From assembly GCA_964490075.1 (NCBI GenBank), contig CAZBBK010000006.1, forward strand, positions 62,001 to 126,000: a stretch of 64,000 bases of DNA, given 5' to 3'. The stretch's first letter is position 1, and the number at the start of each line of letters is the position of its first letter. The stretch is from an uncultured Gemmatimonadota bacterium (lineage in GTDB: Bacteria; GCA-2686955). Positions 12,374 through 21,857 of the stretch are shown one piece after another. The position numbers and the translations under genes were made by a program. The notes under the pieces were generated by a model that was given only the letters and a program-made list of their open reading frames with translations, was not told the DNA's origin and did not search any database.

Positions 12374-14313
12374 CGCGCGCGCGGCCGTCGTGGACCGCCG
12401 ACCTGGGCGCCTGTGCCGCGGCCGGCGCGCTGGCCGGGCTCGGGCGCGGCGCGATCCTGGCGTGCGAGGTGTTGGCGGCCGGTGGGGAGAGGCCCTCGCT
12501 CGGCGATCTCGTCCACCTGATCGCGCGAGTGGCGGTGCTGCACCTGCCGCTGGCTCTGAGCGCTGGGGCGGCGATACTGTTGCTGGTGTCGGCGGCCCGC
12601 ATTGGGCGCGGGGGGAGCGGTTCCGGACGATCACGCGGCGCGGCACTGGCCTGGGGCATTTTCGTGTTCCTGCTGGTGGGCGGAGTCGCGGGCGATGAGC
12701 TGGCGCTCGACGATCCCCTCGGCGTCGCGCATCTCGGTGCTCGTGCCGGCGCTCTCTTCCTGGCGATCGGAGCGGGCTTCTGGCGCAGCGCCCGGCCGAT
12801 CGTGCCCGCGACCGCCCGCCGCTCGTGGAGCTGCGTCGCGGCGGCGTGCGCGTTGCTGCCGCTGAGTGGATGGGCCGCGCGTGCGAGCCTGCCGCCTGCT
12901 CCCGACCTCGACCCGACCAGCCGATCCGCGTCCCCCCCCGACCTGCTCCTCCTGCTGGTCGACACATTGCGCGCCGATCACCTGGGCTGCTATGGCTACC
13001 GGGCGAGCGCGGAGACCAGCCCGACCCTCGATTCGCTCGCCACATCGGGGGTGCTCTTCGAGAGAGCCTACGCCCAGTGGACGCGCACCGCGCCCTCGCA
13101 TGCGACGCTCTTCTCGGGTCGCTATCCCCACCAGCACGGCCTGATCGCCAACGGGCAGCGGCTGCCCGAGCGGCTGCCCTTGCTCGCCGAGTCGCTCTCG
13201 GAGGCCGGCTACCGTAGCGTCGCCTTCCTCTCGAACCCCTTTCTCGGTCGCCGCTACGGCTTCGATCGCGGCTTCGACCTGTTCGTCGAGGCATCGGACC
13301 TCGCGCTCGCTGGTAGCCCCCCCGCGGCCTGGTTGCGGCGCCTGCCGCTGATTCGCCTGCTCGACCGCCTGCGCGACGAGGAGCCGGTGACCGCCATGGC
13401 GATCGAATGGCTGCAGCGCCACCCGCGCGGCGCTGGCGACGCCCCCCGCGCCCTGGTGGTGCAGTGGGTCGACCCCCACATGCCCTACCGCCCGCCGCGG
13501 CGCTTGCTGCGACACTTCGCGCCCGCTCCCTACCAGGGCGAGCTGCGCGGCACCCGCGCTCAGATCGACGCCATCAACGAGGGGCGCCTGGCGCTAGACG
13601 ATGCCGATGCGGCCCACATGGTCGCCCGCTACGACGCCGAGATTCGCCACGTGGACGACGCCATCGGCCGGTTGTTGGCCGCCTGGCGTCGAGCCGCCTC
13701 GGGCGGCTCCCTGGTGGCCATGACCGCCGACCACGGCGAGAACATGCACGAGCACTCGCAGTCATTCCGGCATCCACCCCACGTCCACGATTCCCTGGCG
13801 CGCGTTCCCTGGCTGCTCTCCGGCGACGCCGCCCGCGGCTCGCTGCCGGCGGGGATCCGGATCGATTCCGCCGTCGAGCTGACCGACTTCGGCGCCACGG
13901 TGCTCGACCTGCTCGGCGTGGAGGCTCCCGCCGGCGAGAGCCTGGCGCACCTGCTGGCCAGAGCCGCCGTCGACCGCATGCTCGGAAACGCGGGCGCGCC
14001 CCGACCGGGCACCGCGATCATCGAGTCCGCCGACGGGTCGATCCGCAGAATCGCACTGGTCCGGGGCAGATGGAAGGTGATCCGGGAGGTGAGCCCGGGG
14101 GGAACCCGAGATCTTCTCCTCCACGTCGGCGAAGCAGGAGAAACGAGCGCATTCGAACCCGACACCCTGCAGGCCCTGGGCGCCGCCCTCGACGACTGGT
14201 TGGCCGCTCAAGGGGACGCCGCCGCGGAGTTGCTGCTGAGGCCCGAGCCGCTCGCCATCGACCGTCTCGACGAACGCTCGATTCGGGCGCTGCGGGCGCT
14301 TGGGTATCTGTGA
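12370..14313 (+). CDS. Membrane-anchored sulfatase-like (alkaline phosphatase superfamily) hydrolase/transferase
   Basis: N-terminal TM helices, then [43 protein letters not shown], and the LRALGYL terminus. Confidence 0.85.
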
Positions 14314-14534
14314 TTTCGGTCCCCGCCAAGGAGTTGCGGCCCGGTGGGCGGGACCGGGTGGAAAGGAAGGGCCGCGCGGAGCGCCGGCGCGGAGATGAAA
14401 TTGCTGAAAACCGCCTCGAGTGAAGGAAAGAGGGCGAGAGATTGCTTACACTTGGGGGGTTGACTTGTCTTGTCCTTTGGGGGGACGAGCCAGCCGATCA
14501 CCGCTGACAGAACGTCGAATCGAACTGGAAAACC

Positions 14535-17500
14535 ATGGCTGCTGGAACCTTGCGCCCGTCGCTCGCGGGCATCGCGTTGTCCTTGGTCTGCGCATCGACC
14601 GCCTTCGCCGAGAACCTCCTGGTCGACGGCAGCGGTTTCGAGACTGGTCCCGACGGCTGGGACGTGCTCGCCGGACGCTTCATCCAAAACCCGCTCAATC
14701 CCGCGACCGAGTACGCCGACGTGGCCGTGCTGGCGGGGGCGGAGCTCGACACCGTGCCCGAGGGCAACACCATGCTCGCGGTTCAGGGTGACTCCTGGAT
14801 GCAGCGCCAGACTCTGCGCTGGCCGATGGTCAGCCTGGCCCCGAACACCGACTACACCTTCAGCGTGATGGTCAAGGGCGTGATCGAAGGGCAGCCGGTG
14901 GAAGGCTGCCCGGGGCTCGGGATCTACTCCGAGCTCAGGGTCAGCAACGGCGACAGCAACGCGCTCACCAACAGCACCATGCGCATGGTGTCGGGGACCG
15001 TGGCGTCGTGCTGGTCACAGCTGGTGTTCCAATTCAACACCGGCGACATCCCCGCGCAGCTCCTGCACCCCGAAAGCCGCTACAGCTTCAAGCTGAACTT
15101 CGATTCGACCAAGCAGTCCTGGTCGAATGAGCATCCCTACCAGATCCTGGTCGACGCCGTTCAGCTCGAGCAGGGCAGCGCCGCCACTCCCTACCAGCCC
15201 GCGGGCGGCTACGACATCGGCATCGACGCGATGGAGACCGTGGTCGGCGATCCGATGGACGAGCGGGCGCTGCGCTACTACAAGCTCTTCGAGCAGTCGG
15301 AGCCGCTCAACTTCCGTTACTGGGTCCACGCCACCTTCGGCAACCCCCGGCCCGGACCGATCGGCTACCGCGTGGTCGATGCTTACCGCCTGAACGACAG
15401 CGGACGCCCCGAGATTCTGATCCACCACGTCTTCCTCCCCGATCCGCAAGACGGCATCGGCACCTTCGAGGTGCCGAGCGAACCGCTCGCGACCGGCAGC
15501 GGGGTCTACAAGCTGGTGGTCGCAGCGCCGACCAAGGGCGAAAGCGAGGAGCTGATCTTCGGCATCTTGAAGCCCCAGAGCCCCTATATGCTCGCCGATC
15601 CCGACCAGATCGCCTTCGGGGCGCAAGTGCCCAACTTCCGCTACTTGCACATGGGGCGCAACTTCGACGGCCTGGACAGCAACGATCTTCCCGAATGCGA
15701 AGGGGTGTCGAAAGGGACTCCGCGCTGCACCACCAAGCGTCTGTTCGTCATGGGACCCGATCCGGGAATCACCTTCACGATCCTCAAACGACTCGGAATC
15801 CACCACGTGCGCATCAAGCACGTCTTCGTGCCGGTCGGCTACGCCCCCACCGACAGCATCGACGGGGAGTGGAATCTGATCCAGACCCGATGGTTCGCCG
15901 AGACCGCGGACCAGTACGATATGGGCGTCAACGCGATGTTGGGTGACGACATCAGCGAGGTCGAGGATCTTTCGAATTCCGCCGCGGTGGGCTACCCGGA
16001 GTGGATGAGCCCCGAGGCGATCGAAGGACCGGAAGGATGGGATGCGTTCTTCGAAGGCAATCTCCAGGCCTATATCAAGCTCACCCAGAGCCTGCCCGGC
16101 CTGGTCGAGGGCTGGGAAGCGTTCAACGAACCGACCAGCCACCGCAACAATATTCCCATCAACCGGCTGATTCAGCTCGACAGCCTCGCCACAACGATCT
16201 TCCATGCGCGCGATCCGGGCTCCAAGGTGGTCGGTTTCGGACTGACCGGAATGAGCCCGCGCGGACTGATGTACACCGAGTGGTTCCCGCAAGGAAGAGA
16301 CGCTCTTTTCGGTGAGTTCATTCGCGCCGGCGGACTGAACCACATGGACGCCGCCTCGATTCGCTTCGGCAACACCGTGGAGATCGAGACCTATCCCGAC
16401 TCCGCATACACCCACGGGCTGGCGATGCGCCTGGCCTACTGCGGTCGAGCATTGCACACCGAGGTGAACCGGCTGATCGACGCCTACGACCCCGACCACT
16501 CGGGCTTCCCCTTCTGGGTCACCGAAACCAACTACATGTCGGGATCGGGGTACCAGAAGTACAACGTGGTGAACGCGGCGGACTACGGATCCGAAGGGCG
16601 GCGCGTGGACTCCCATCGCGAGGTCGCCCGCCTGGTCAGCCAGATGCTCGCCAACTCCATGGCCATCGGCGTAGAGCGCGTCTTCTACTTCAGCTTCGAG
16701 AACGCCGAGTTCAGCGGCATCTTCAACGCGCCCTACCGCTCGCTGACCGACGTCTACAACTCGCCTCGAGCCGCTCTTCTGGCCTACTACAACGTGGTGC
16801 GCTTCCTGTCGGGCGCGAAGCTGGTGGCACAGAGCTACCCGGAGTCGCAACGGGTCTACCTCTTCTTCGAGAACGACACCGAGGACATCGTGGTGGTCTT
16901 CCACCCCGATCCGAGCATGCCGGAGGTGCCCTTCGACATCCGCGAGCCGGCACTGATTTACGACATGTGGGGAAACCGGCTGGCGCGGCCGATCATGGGC
17001 ACGGAGCCGGTGTTCTTCGTCGGCAGAGGAATCGATCCCCTGGCCTTCGTCGAAGATGTGGAGGAGCAGCTCAGCGCACCACGAATCATGGCGCCACCGG
17101 GACCGACCTTGCGCTTTCCGAACCTCCCGACGGTCTCTCCCAAGCGCTGGGATTTCGAGTGCTCCGCGCATATGTGGCTCAGCTACGACAACGATCTCTG
17201 GGGGCGCAACATCAATCCGGGCCGGCGCTTCGGCGACACCACCCGGGAAGGCGTGATCATCTCAGGCGAGTACAGCTTCGGCTACAACGACGACCTGGTC
17301 GGGGCGCCGACGGCGATCCACAGCGACCTGACGGTGATGTCGGGACTGGAGCTCGAGACCGACTATCGCTACCTGAAGCAACAGCTGGTGGCGCCGGCCG
17401 GCATGCTGCGCGAGTACCTGGTGATCAAGGACCGCCAGGAGACCCAGCAGGGCACCTTCCTGCTGGCCACCAACGATGACAACGTTTCCAGCGATCCGCG

Positions 17501-17714
17501 CTACCGAATCGCCGATTTCGAGCTCGCCTGGGCCGATCCGATCGAAGCACGGCTGAACGTCCCCCTGCATAGCGTCGACTTGGTCGAGCTCTTGACGGAG
17601 AACGGATTCACGGTCGACGACGACACCGAGTACCTGCTCGATATCGTGCTCTACGCCATGGACGACAACACCGAGATCGGGCTGGACAACGTCTCCTTCA
17701 CCGCCACGCCTTGA
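14535..17714 (+). CDS. Large secreted protein: CBM-like N-domain, clan GH-A (GH39/GH5-like) TIM barrel, unknown C-domain
   Basis: Signal peptide (AFA-E); NLLVDGSGFE...VDAVQLEQG..ATPY beta-sandwich signature; WEAFNEP (acid/base) and FWVTETNY (nucleophile); YDMWGN. Confidence 0.6.
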   Translation: MAAGTLRPSLAGIALSLVCASTAFAENLLVDGSGFETGPDGWDVLAGRFIQNPLNPATEYADVAVLAGAELDTVPEGNTMLAVQGDSWMQRQTLRWPMVSLAPNTDYTFSVMVKGVIEGQPVEGCPGLGIYSELRVSNGDSNALTNSTMRMVSGTVASCWSQLVFQFNTGDIPAQLLHPESRYSFKLNFDSTKQSWSNEHPYQILVDAVQLEQGSAATPYQPAGGYDIGIDAMETVVGDPMDERALRYYKLFEQSEPLNFRYWVHATFGNPRPGPIGYRVVDAYRLNDSGRPEILIHHVFLPDPQDGIGTFEVPSEPLATGSGVYKLVVAAPTKGESEELIFGILKPQSPYMLADPDQIAFGAQVPNFRYLHMGRNFDGLDSNDLPECEGVSKGTPRCTTKRLFVMGPDPGITFTILKRLGIHHVRIKHVFVPVGYAPTDSIDGEWNLIQTRWFAETADQYDMGVNAMLGDDISEVEDLSNSAAVGYPEWMSPEAIEGPEGWDAFFEGNLQAYIKLTQSLPGLVEGWEAFNEPTSHRNNIPINRLIQLDSLATTIFHARDPGSKVVGFGLTGMSPRGLMYTEWFPQGRDALFGEFIRAGGLNHMDAASIRFGNTVEIETYPDSAYTHGLAMRLAYCGRALHTEVNRLIDAYDPDHSGFPFWVTETNYMSGSGYQKYNVVNAADYGSEGRRVDSHREVARLVSQMLANSMAIGVERVFYFSFENAEFSGIFNAPYRSLTDVYNSPRAALLAYYNVVRFLSGAKLVAQSYPESQRVYLFFENDTEDIVVVFHPDPSMPEVPFDIREPALIYDMWGNRLARPIMGTEPVFFVGRGIDPLAFVEDVEEQLSAPRIMAPPGPTLRFPNLPTVSPKRWDFECSAHMWLSYDNDLWGRNINPGRRFGDTTREGVIISGEYSFGYNDDLVGAPTAIHSDLTVMSGLELETDYRYLKQQLVAPAGMLREYLVIKDRQETQQGTFLLATNDDNVSSDPRYRIADFELAWADPIEARLNVPLHSVDLVELLTENGFTVDDDTEYLLDIVLYAMDDNTEIGLDNVSFTATP

Positions 17715-17727
17715 ACCCGGCACGCCG

Positions 17728-18294
17728 ATGGACGACGAGGCATTGCTGGCCGGCTGCCGACGGCGCGAGCCGCAAGCCCTCGAGGCGCTGGTCGTGCGCT
17801 ACGCCGGCCCGGTTCGAGCGGTCATTCGGGGTGTGATCAAGGACCCGCACGAGGTCGAGGACGCATTCCAGGAGACCTTTCTGTCGCTGGCCGATCCGCG
17901 GCTATTCCTGCGGATGCGCGGTGCCAGTGCGCTGCGCGGCACCGTGCTCACCATCGCCCGGCGGCGGGCAACCGATCGGCTGCGCAAGCGTTACCGCGAC
18001 CTTCATGGGCGCCAGGCTCTGAGCCGCGAGATCGACTCCGAACCCAGTCACGAGCCGGCGGCGATGCGCTTCCCGGCATTCGACGAGATCCTCGGCCTGC
18101 TTCCCGATTCGTCCGCCGGCGAGCGCAGTGCGCTCCTGCTGCGCCTGCGCTACCGGGACTCCCTATCCTACGACGAGATCGCGACTCGGACCGGAATCCC
18201 GCGCGGGTCGATCGGTCCGACGATCGCCCGCGCGCTGGCCAAGCTCGCCGCTCCGGTGCGCATTCGGATCGACGACCCGGTGCCGCAGAAATGA
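17728..18294 (+). CDS. ECF-type RNA polymerase sigma factor
   Basis: DEALLAGC...ALEALVVRY, VEDAFQETFL (region 2); LSYDEIATRTGIPRGSIGPTIARAL (region 4.2). Confidence 0.9.
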   Translation: MDDEALLAGCRRREPQALEALVVRYAGPVRAVIRGVIKDPHEVEDAFQETFLSLADPRLFLRMRGASALRGTVLTIARRRATDRLRKRYRDLHGRQALSREIDSEPSHEPAAMRFPAFDEILGLLPDSSAGERSALLLRLRYRDSLSYDEIATRTGIPRGSIGPTIARALAKLAAPVRIRIDDPVPQK

Positions 18295-18295
18295 C

Positions 18296-18322
18296 GTATC
18301 CAAGGAGCGACAAGGAACGACC
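18296..18322 (+). promoter_or_regulatory. Candidate ECF promoter GTATCC-N16-CGACC (copy 1, upstream of anti-sigma/CHAT genes)
   Basis: GTATCC 18296-18301 and CGACC 18318-18322; same motif and spacing recur at 21770-21796. Confidence 0.55.
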
Positions 18323-18378
18323 CCTGGGCAACTGGAGGACATGACCGTGCGCAGGCGTCCAGCCGATCGGAGCTCATC

Positions 18379-18996
18379 GTGAAACACCCAGACCAGGCCC
18401 GGCTGCTGAGCTGGTTGGAAGCCCCGGACGATATCGATCCGAACGTCGCCGAGCACCTGAGCTCCGGGTGCGAGGAATGCGCCGAGAAGCTGGCTGCGCT
18501 GGTCGACGCGGGCACCACCCTGGCAGCCGCGGCCGCGCTCGAGTCTCCGCCGGTCCCCGACGACGCGGAGCGGTGTTCCACGGACAAGGCGGTGCGCGAG
18601 CTTTCCAGGCGCCTGGGACGCTGGAAGGTCGACGACACACGGGGCGAGAAGGCGGTCGGCCAGCGCGGCGCACACGGCGAGACGCTTCGCATCTTCCGGG
18701 GGGCGGGATTCGATGCTACTTTGCGAATCCGCTGCGATGACGGCTTCGGCGGATCGATCCGCGGTCGTCTGCTGCTGGTATCGGTGCCCGAACAGATCGA
18801 GGTCTACCTGACGAGCGGCGGCGAGCCGCAGGCGCAAGGGCAGATCGACTCCCGCGGTCGTTTTCGCTTCGAGTCCGTGCCCCCGGGGCACTACGAGATG
18901 CGCTTCTTCCTGCCCGATCACAGGGAGGTCGTCCTGCACGGAATCGATGTGCCCGGGGCTTCGGCCGAGATGGGGACGACCGCTACCGCTCCTTGA
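18379..18996 (+). CDS. Putative soluble zinc-finger (zf-HC2-like) anti-sigma factor with C-terminal carboxypeptidase-regulatory-like beta-sandwich
   Basis: HP...L, HLSSGCEEC (Hx3-4CxxC); C-terminal IRGRLL...DSRGRFRFESVPPGHYEM; no TM helix; follows an ECF sigma. Confidence 0.7.
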   Translation: MKHPDQARLLSWLEAPDDIDPNVAEHLSSGCEECAEKLAALVDAGTTLAAAAALESPPVPDDAERCSTDKAVRELSRRLGRWKVDDTRGEKAVGQRGAHGETLRIFRGAGFDATLRIRCDDGFGGSIRGRLLLVSVPEQIEVYLTSGGEPQAQGQIDSRGRFRFESVPPGHYEMRFFLPDHREVVLHGIDVPGASAEMGTTATAP

Positions 18997-21806
18997 TCCG
19001 ATTCTCCCCTTTCGCGGACCAGGCTTCGTTGGCGCTGGAGCGAGACCCCGCGCTTGCCCTGGTGCGCGCGGATCTCGCGCTCGAAGGGCTCGGCGAGAAC
19101 GCCGAGCGGGCGGAGCTGGATCTCGATCGCGGGCTGGCGCTGCTGGCCCTGGGGCGCTTCCGCGAAGCCGACGAGGCGTTCGCGCGAGCCACGGAGGGGT
19201 TGTCGGAGCCGCGGCAGAAAGCGCTCTGCGCGGCCGGACGGGCCGAGGCGCTGGGCGTTCTGGGGCGGCACGACGAGGCGCGGGACTGCGGGGCGACGGC
19301 GCGAACTGGGCTGGAGGCGCTAGGCGATCGGCTGGGGGTGGCCTGGGTCGAGGTGATTCTGGCCAACATCCATCACCAGGATCTGGACGCCACCGGAGTG
19401 CGCGAGGTCTTCGATTCAGCACGGGAAACCCTGCTGCGGCTGGGGGCCGAGATCCGGGCTGCTCGCGCCGACGTATCTTGCGCCAACGCACTCACCTACC
19501 AGGGGCGGCACGGGGCGGCGCTGGAACGATACCGGCGTGCCGAGCAGGTGTTTCGGCGCGCCGGAATCGACCGGCGGGCGGCGATCTGCGACCTGAACCG
19601 GGCGATCCTGCACCAGATGCGCGGCGAGCTGCACGAGGCCGTGCAGGCGGGGGAGAGCGCCCGCGCCGTTTTCCAGTCCCACGGCCAGGGCAGCTATGCG
19701 GCCTTCGCCGAGACCAATCTCTCCGAGGTGCTGCTCGACCTGAATCGAGACACGGAAGCCCTCGCCGTGGCCTCGTCGGCGGCCGATCACTACCGGGCGG
19801 AAGGGATGGAGCACGACCACGCGATCGTGGCCATCAATCGGGCCAGGGCGCTGGCGCGGGGCGGGAGCGTCGCGGAGGCCCGGGCCGAGCTGCGGGCAGC
19901 GGGGGAGTTCTTTCGCGCCGAGGGCTCGCGCATCTACGCCGGACTGGTCGATGTCGACCTGGCGGTGATCGATCTCGAGCAGGGAGACCACGCGGCCGCC
20001 GCAACGCGTGCCCGCGGCGCGCGCCGAACTCTGTCGGCGCACACGCCCTACGCGGCATATGCGTTGCTGGTGGAGGCGCGGGCGACGGAGGCCGCAAGCC
20101 CCGGTTCCGCGCTGAAGCTCCACCAGGAAGCGGCGTCGATCGGCGCGCGACACGGCCTGATCTGGCTCCAGTACCGGTCGCGGCACCGGGCCGCGATCCT
20201 GCTGGCGGCCGCTGGAGAGCTGTGCCGCGCCAGAGCCGAGGCCGACTCCGCGGTGCGGCTGATTGAGCGAGCGCGCGCCGGGCTCGCGGGGGACCTGGCC
20301 AAGCGGGCCTTTCTGAAGGACAAGGAAGAAGCGCTGTGCTCGGCTGTTCGCCTGCACCTGGCCGCGGACGATCCACCGGCGGCGCTGCGCGCGATCGAGG
20401 CCGCCAAGTCGGCGGCATTGGCCGACCTGATCTCGACCCGCGTGGAGTGCGACACGACGCCCTCCGACCTGTCGGCCGACGAGGCGAAGATCTGGACCGA
20501 GTTCGCGCGCGTGCGGGGCGACTACAGCGCGCAGATCTCCGCCGCGGCGGCCGCGGAGGAAGCCGGGGAGGAAGCCGGGGAATCCGCGGAGCCGATGTCG
20601 CCACTGCTGCTGGCGGCGCGCCGCACCGAGCACCTGGCGAGCCGCTACGACCAGCTGAAGGCCGAGTTGGAGAGGATCGGGCGGCGCGATCTGGCCAATC
20701 TGCACCAGATCGACCCGATCGACCGGGAGGGAATCGCCGCGCTGCTGGAGCCGGGGGACCGCTTCCTCGAGCTCTATTTCCTGGACGGGCGGGCAGTGGG
20801 AGCTCTGGTGGCGCCGGATGGCTCGGTCGAGACCTCCGACTGCGGCGACGAGCGCGAGTTGGCGGAGCGGATCGTGGAGGATTGGCATGGCGACGTGGCC
20901 GATCTGGGTCTGCTCGACCCCGGCGCGAGGCACCGCCACCTGCCGGCGTTCCTCGACGCCGCCCAGGAGACGCTCGACGCCCTGGGGGAGTCGATTCTCG
21001 CCCCCTTCACCACGAGCCTGCGCGGCGCCGAGCGCGTGATCGTGGCTCCGCACGGGGTGCTGCACGCCCTGCCGCTGCCCGCGCTTCGCTGGGAGGGGCG
21101 CTCCCTGGTCGAGCAGCTCGAGACGGTAGTGGTGCCGAGCGGGTCGGTGCTGCGCACGCTCGGGCGACGCTCCGCGGCGACCGGGACCGGCGCGGCGCTG
21201 GTGGTCGGCGCCGCCGATCGCGACGCACCGCTGATCGCCGCCGAGGCGCGCCGGGTGGCGGAGTTGCTCCCCGGCAGCGAGTTGCTCGAGGGTGCGGGCG
21301 CCACCACCCAGGCCTTTCGCGATCGCGCGCCACGCGCCGAGGCGCTGCACCTGGCCTGCCACGGGGAGTTCGCGGGCGACTCGCCGATGGCCTCGGCGCT
21401 GCTGCTGGCGGACGGACCGCTGCGTGCCGCCGACCTCTACGCGATCTCGATCGGGGCACCGCTGGTGGTTCTCTCGGGCTGCGAAACCGGTCGCTCCCGG
21501 GTGCGCCCCGGGGATGAGCTGCTGGGGCTGCTGCGCGGCTTCCTCCTGGCCGGAGCCGAGGCGGTCGTGGCCAGCCTGTGGCGGGTCGACGATGCCGCGT
21601 CGGCGCGGCTCATGGAGCACCTCTACGGCGCCTTGGCCGCGGGGGCGACGGTGGCGGGGGCTCTGAGGAGCGCGCAGCGGCGGCTGGCCGAGGACTACGC
21701 CCACCCCTACTTCTGGGCCGGCTTCGGCTGCTTCGGGCGTGGTTCGACGCGGATGCTGAGCCGGCGTGTGTATCCAGATCGCCGCGGCGCGCGACCAAGA
21801 AGGTGA
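18993..21806 (+). CDS. TPR-repeat plus CHAT (caspase-like) protease
   Basis: Long helical TPR-like region; IVAPHGVLHALP, LHLACHG (catalytic His), LVVLSGCETG (catalytic Cys), VVASLW.VDD, HPYFWAGF. Confidence 0.93.
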   Translation: MIRFSPFADQASLALERDPALALVRADLALEGLGENAERAELDLDRGLALLALGRFREADEAFARATEGLSEPRQKALCAAGRAEALGVLGRHDEARDCGATARTGLEALGDRLGVAWVEVILANIHHQDLDATGVREVFDSARETLLRLGAEIRAARADVSCANALTYQGRHGAALERYRRAEQVFRRAGIDRRAAICDLNRAILHQMRGELHEAVQAGESARAVFQSHGQGSYAAFAETNLSEVLLDLNRDTEALAVASSAADHYRAEGMEHDHAIVAINRARALARGGSVAEARAELRAAGEFFRAEGSRIYAGLVDVDLAVIDLEQGDHAAAATRARGARRTLSAHTPYAAYALLVEARATEAASPGSALKLHQEAASIGARHGLIWLQYRSRHRAAILLAAAGELCRARAEADSAVRLIERARAGLAGDLAKRAFLKDKEEALCSAVRLHLAADDPPAALRAIEAAKSAALADLISTRVECDTTPSDLSADEAKIWTEFARVRGDYSAQISAAAAAEEAGEEAGESAEPMSPLLLAARRTEHLASRYDQLKAELERIGRRDLANLHQIDPIDREGIAALLEPGDRFLELYFLDGRAVGALVAPDGSVETSDCGDERELAERIVEDWHGDVADLGLLDPGARHRHLPAFLDAAQETLDALGESILAPFTTSLRGAERVIVAPHGVLHALPLPALRWEGRSLVEQLETVVVPSGSVLRTLGRRSAATGTGAALVVGAADRDAPLIAAEARRVAELLPGSELLEGAGATTQAFRDRAPRAEALHLACHGEFAGDSPMASALLLADGPLRAADLYAISIGAPLVVLSGCETGRSRVRPGDELLGLLRGFLLAGAEAVVASLWRVDDAASARLMEHLYGALAAGATVAGALRSAQRRLAEDYAHPYFWAGFGCFGRGSTRMLSRRVYPDRRGARPRR
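21770..21796 (+). promoter_or_regulatory. Candidate ECF promoter GTATCC-N16-CGACC (copy 2, upstream of S8 peptidase)
   Basis: GTATCC 21770-21775 and CGACC 21792-21796, within the last codons of the CHAT gene. Confidence 0.55.
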
Positions 21807-21857
21807 ACGACCCGGAATCGCCGGGCCATGCGAGGCCACCTGGACGGAAGCGCCGCG

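Noticed and set aside
14440-14500. Sigma70 promoter for the GH-like gene (TTGACT at 14460)
   Set aside because: No convincing -10 element at 16-18 bp spacing.
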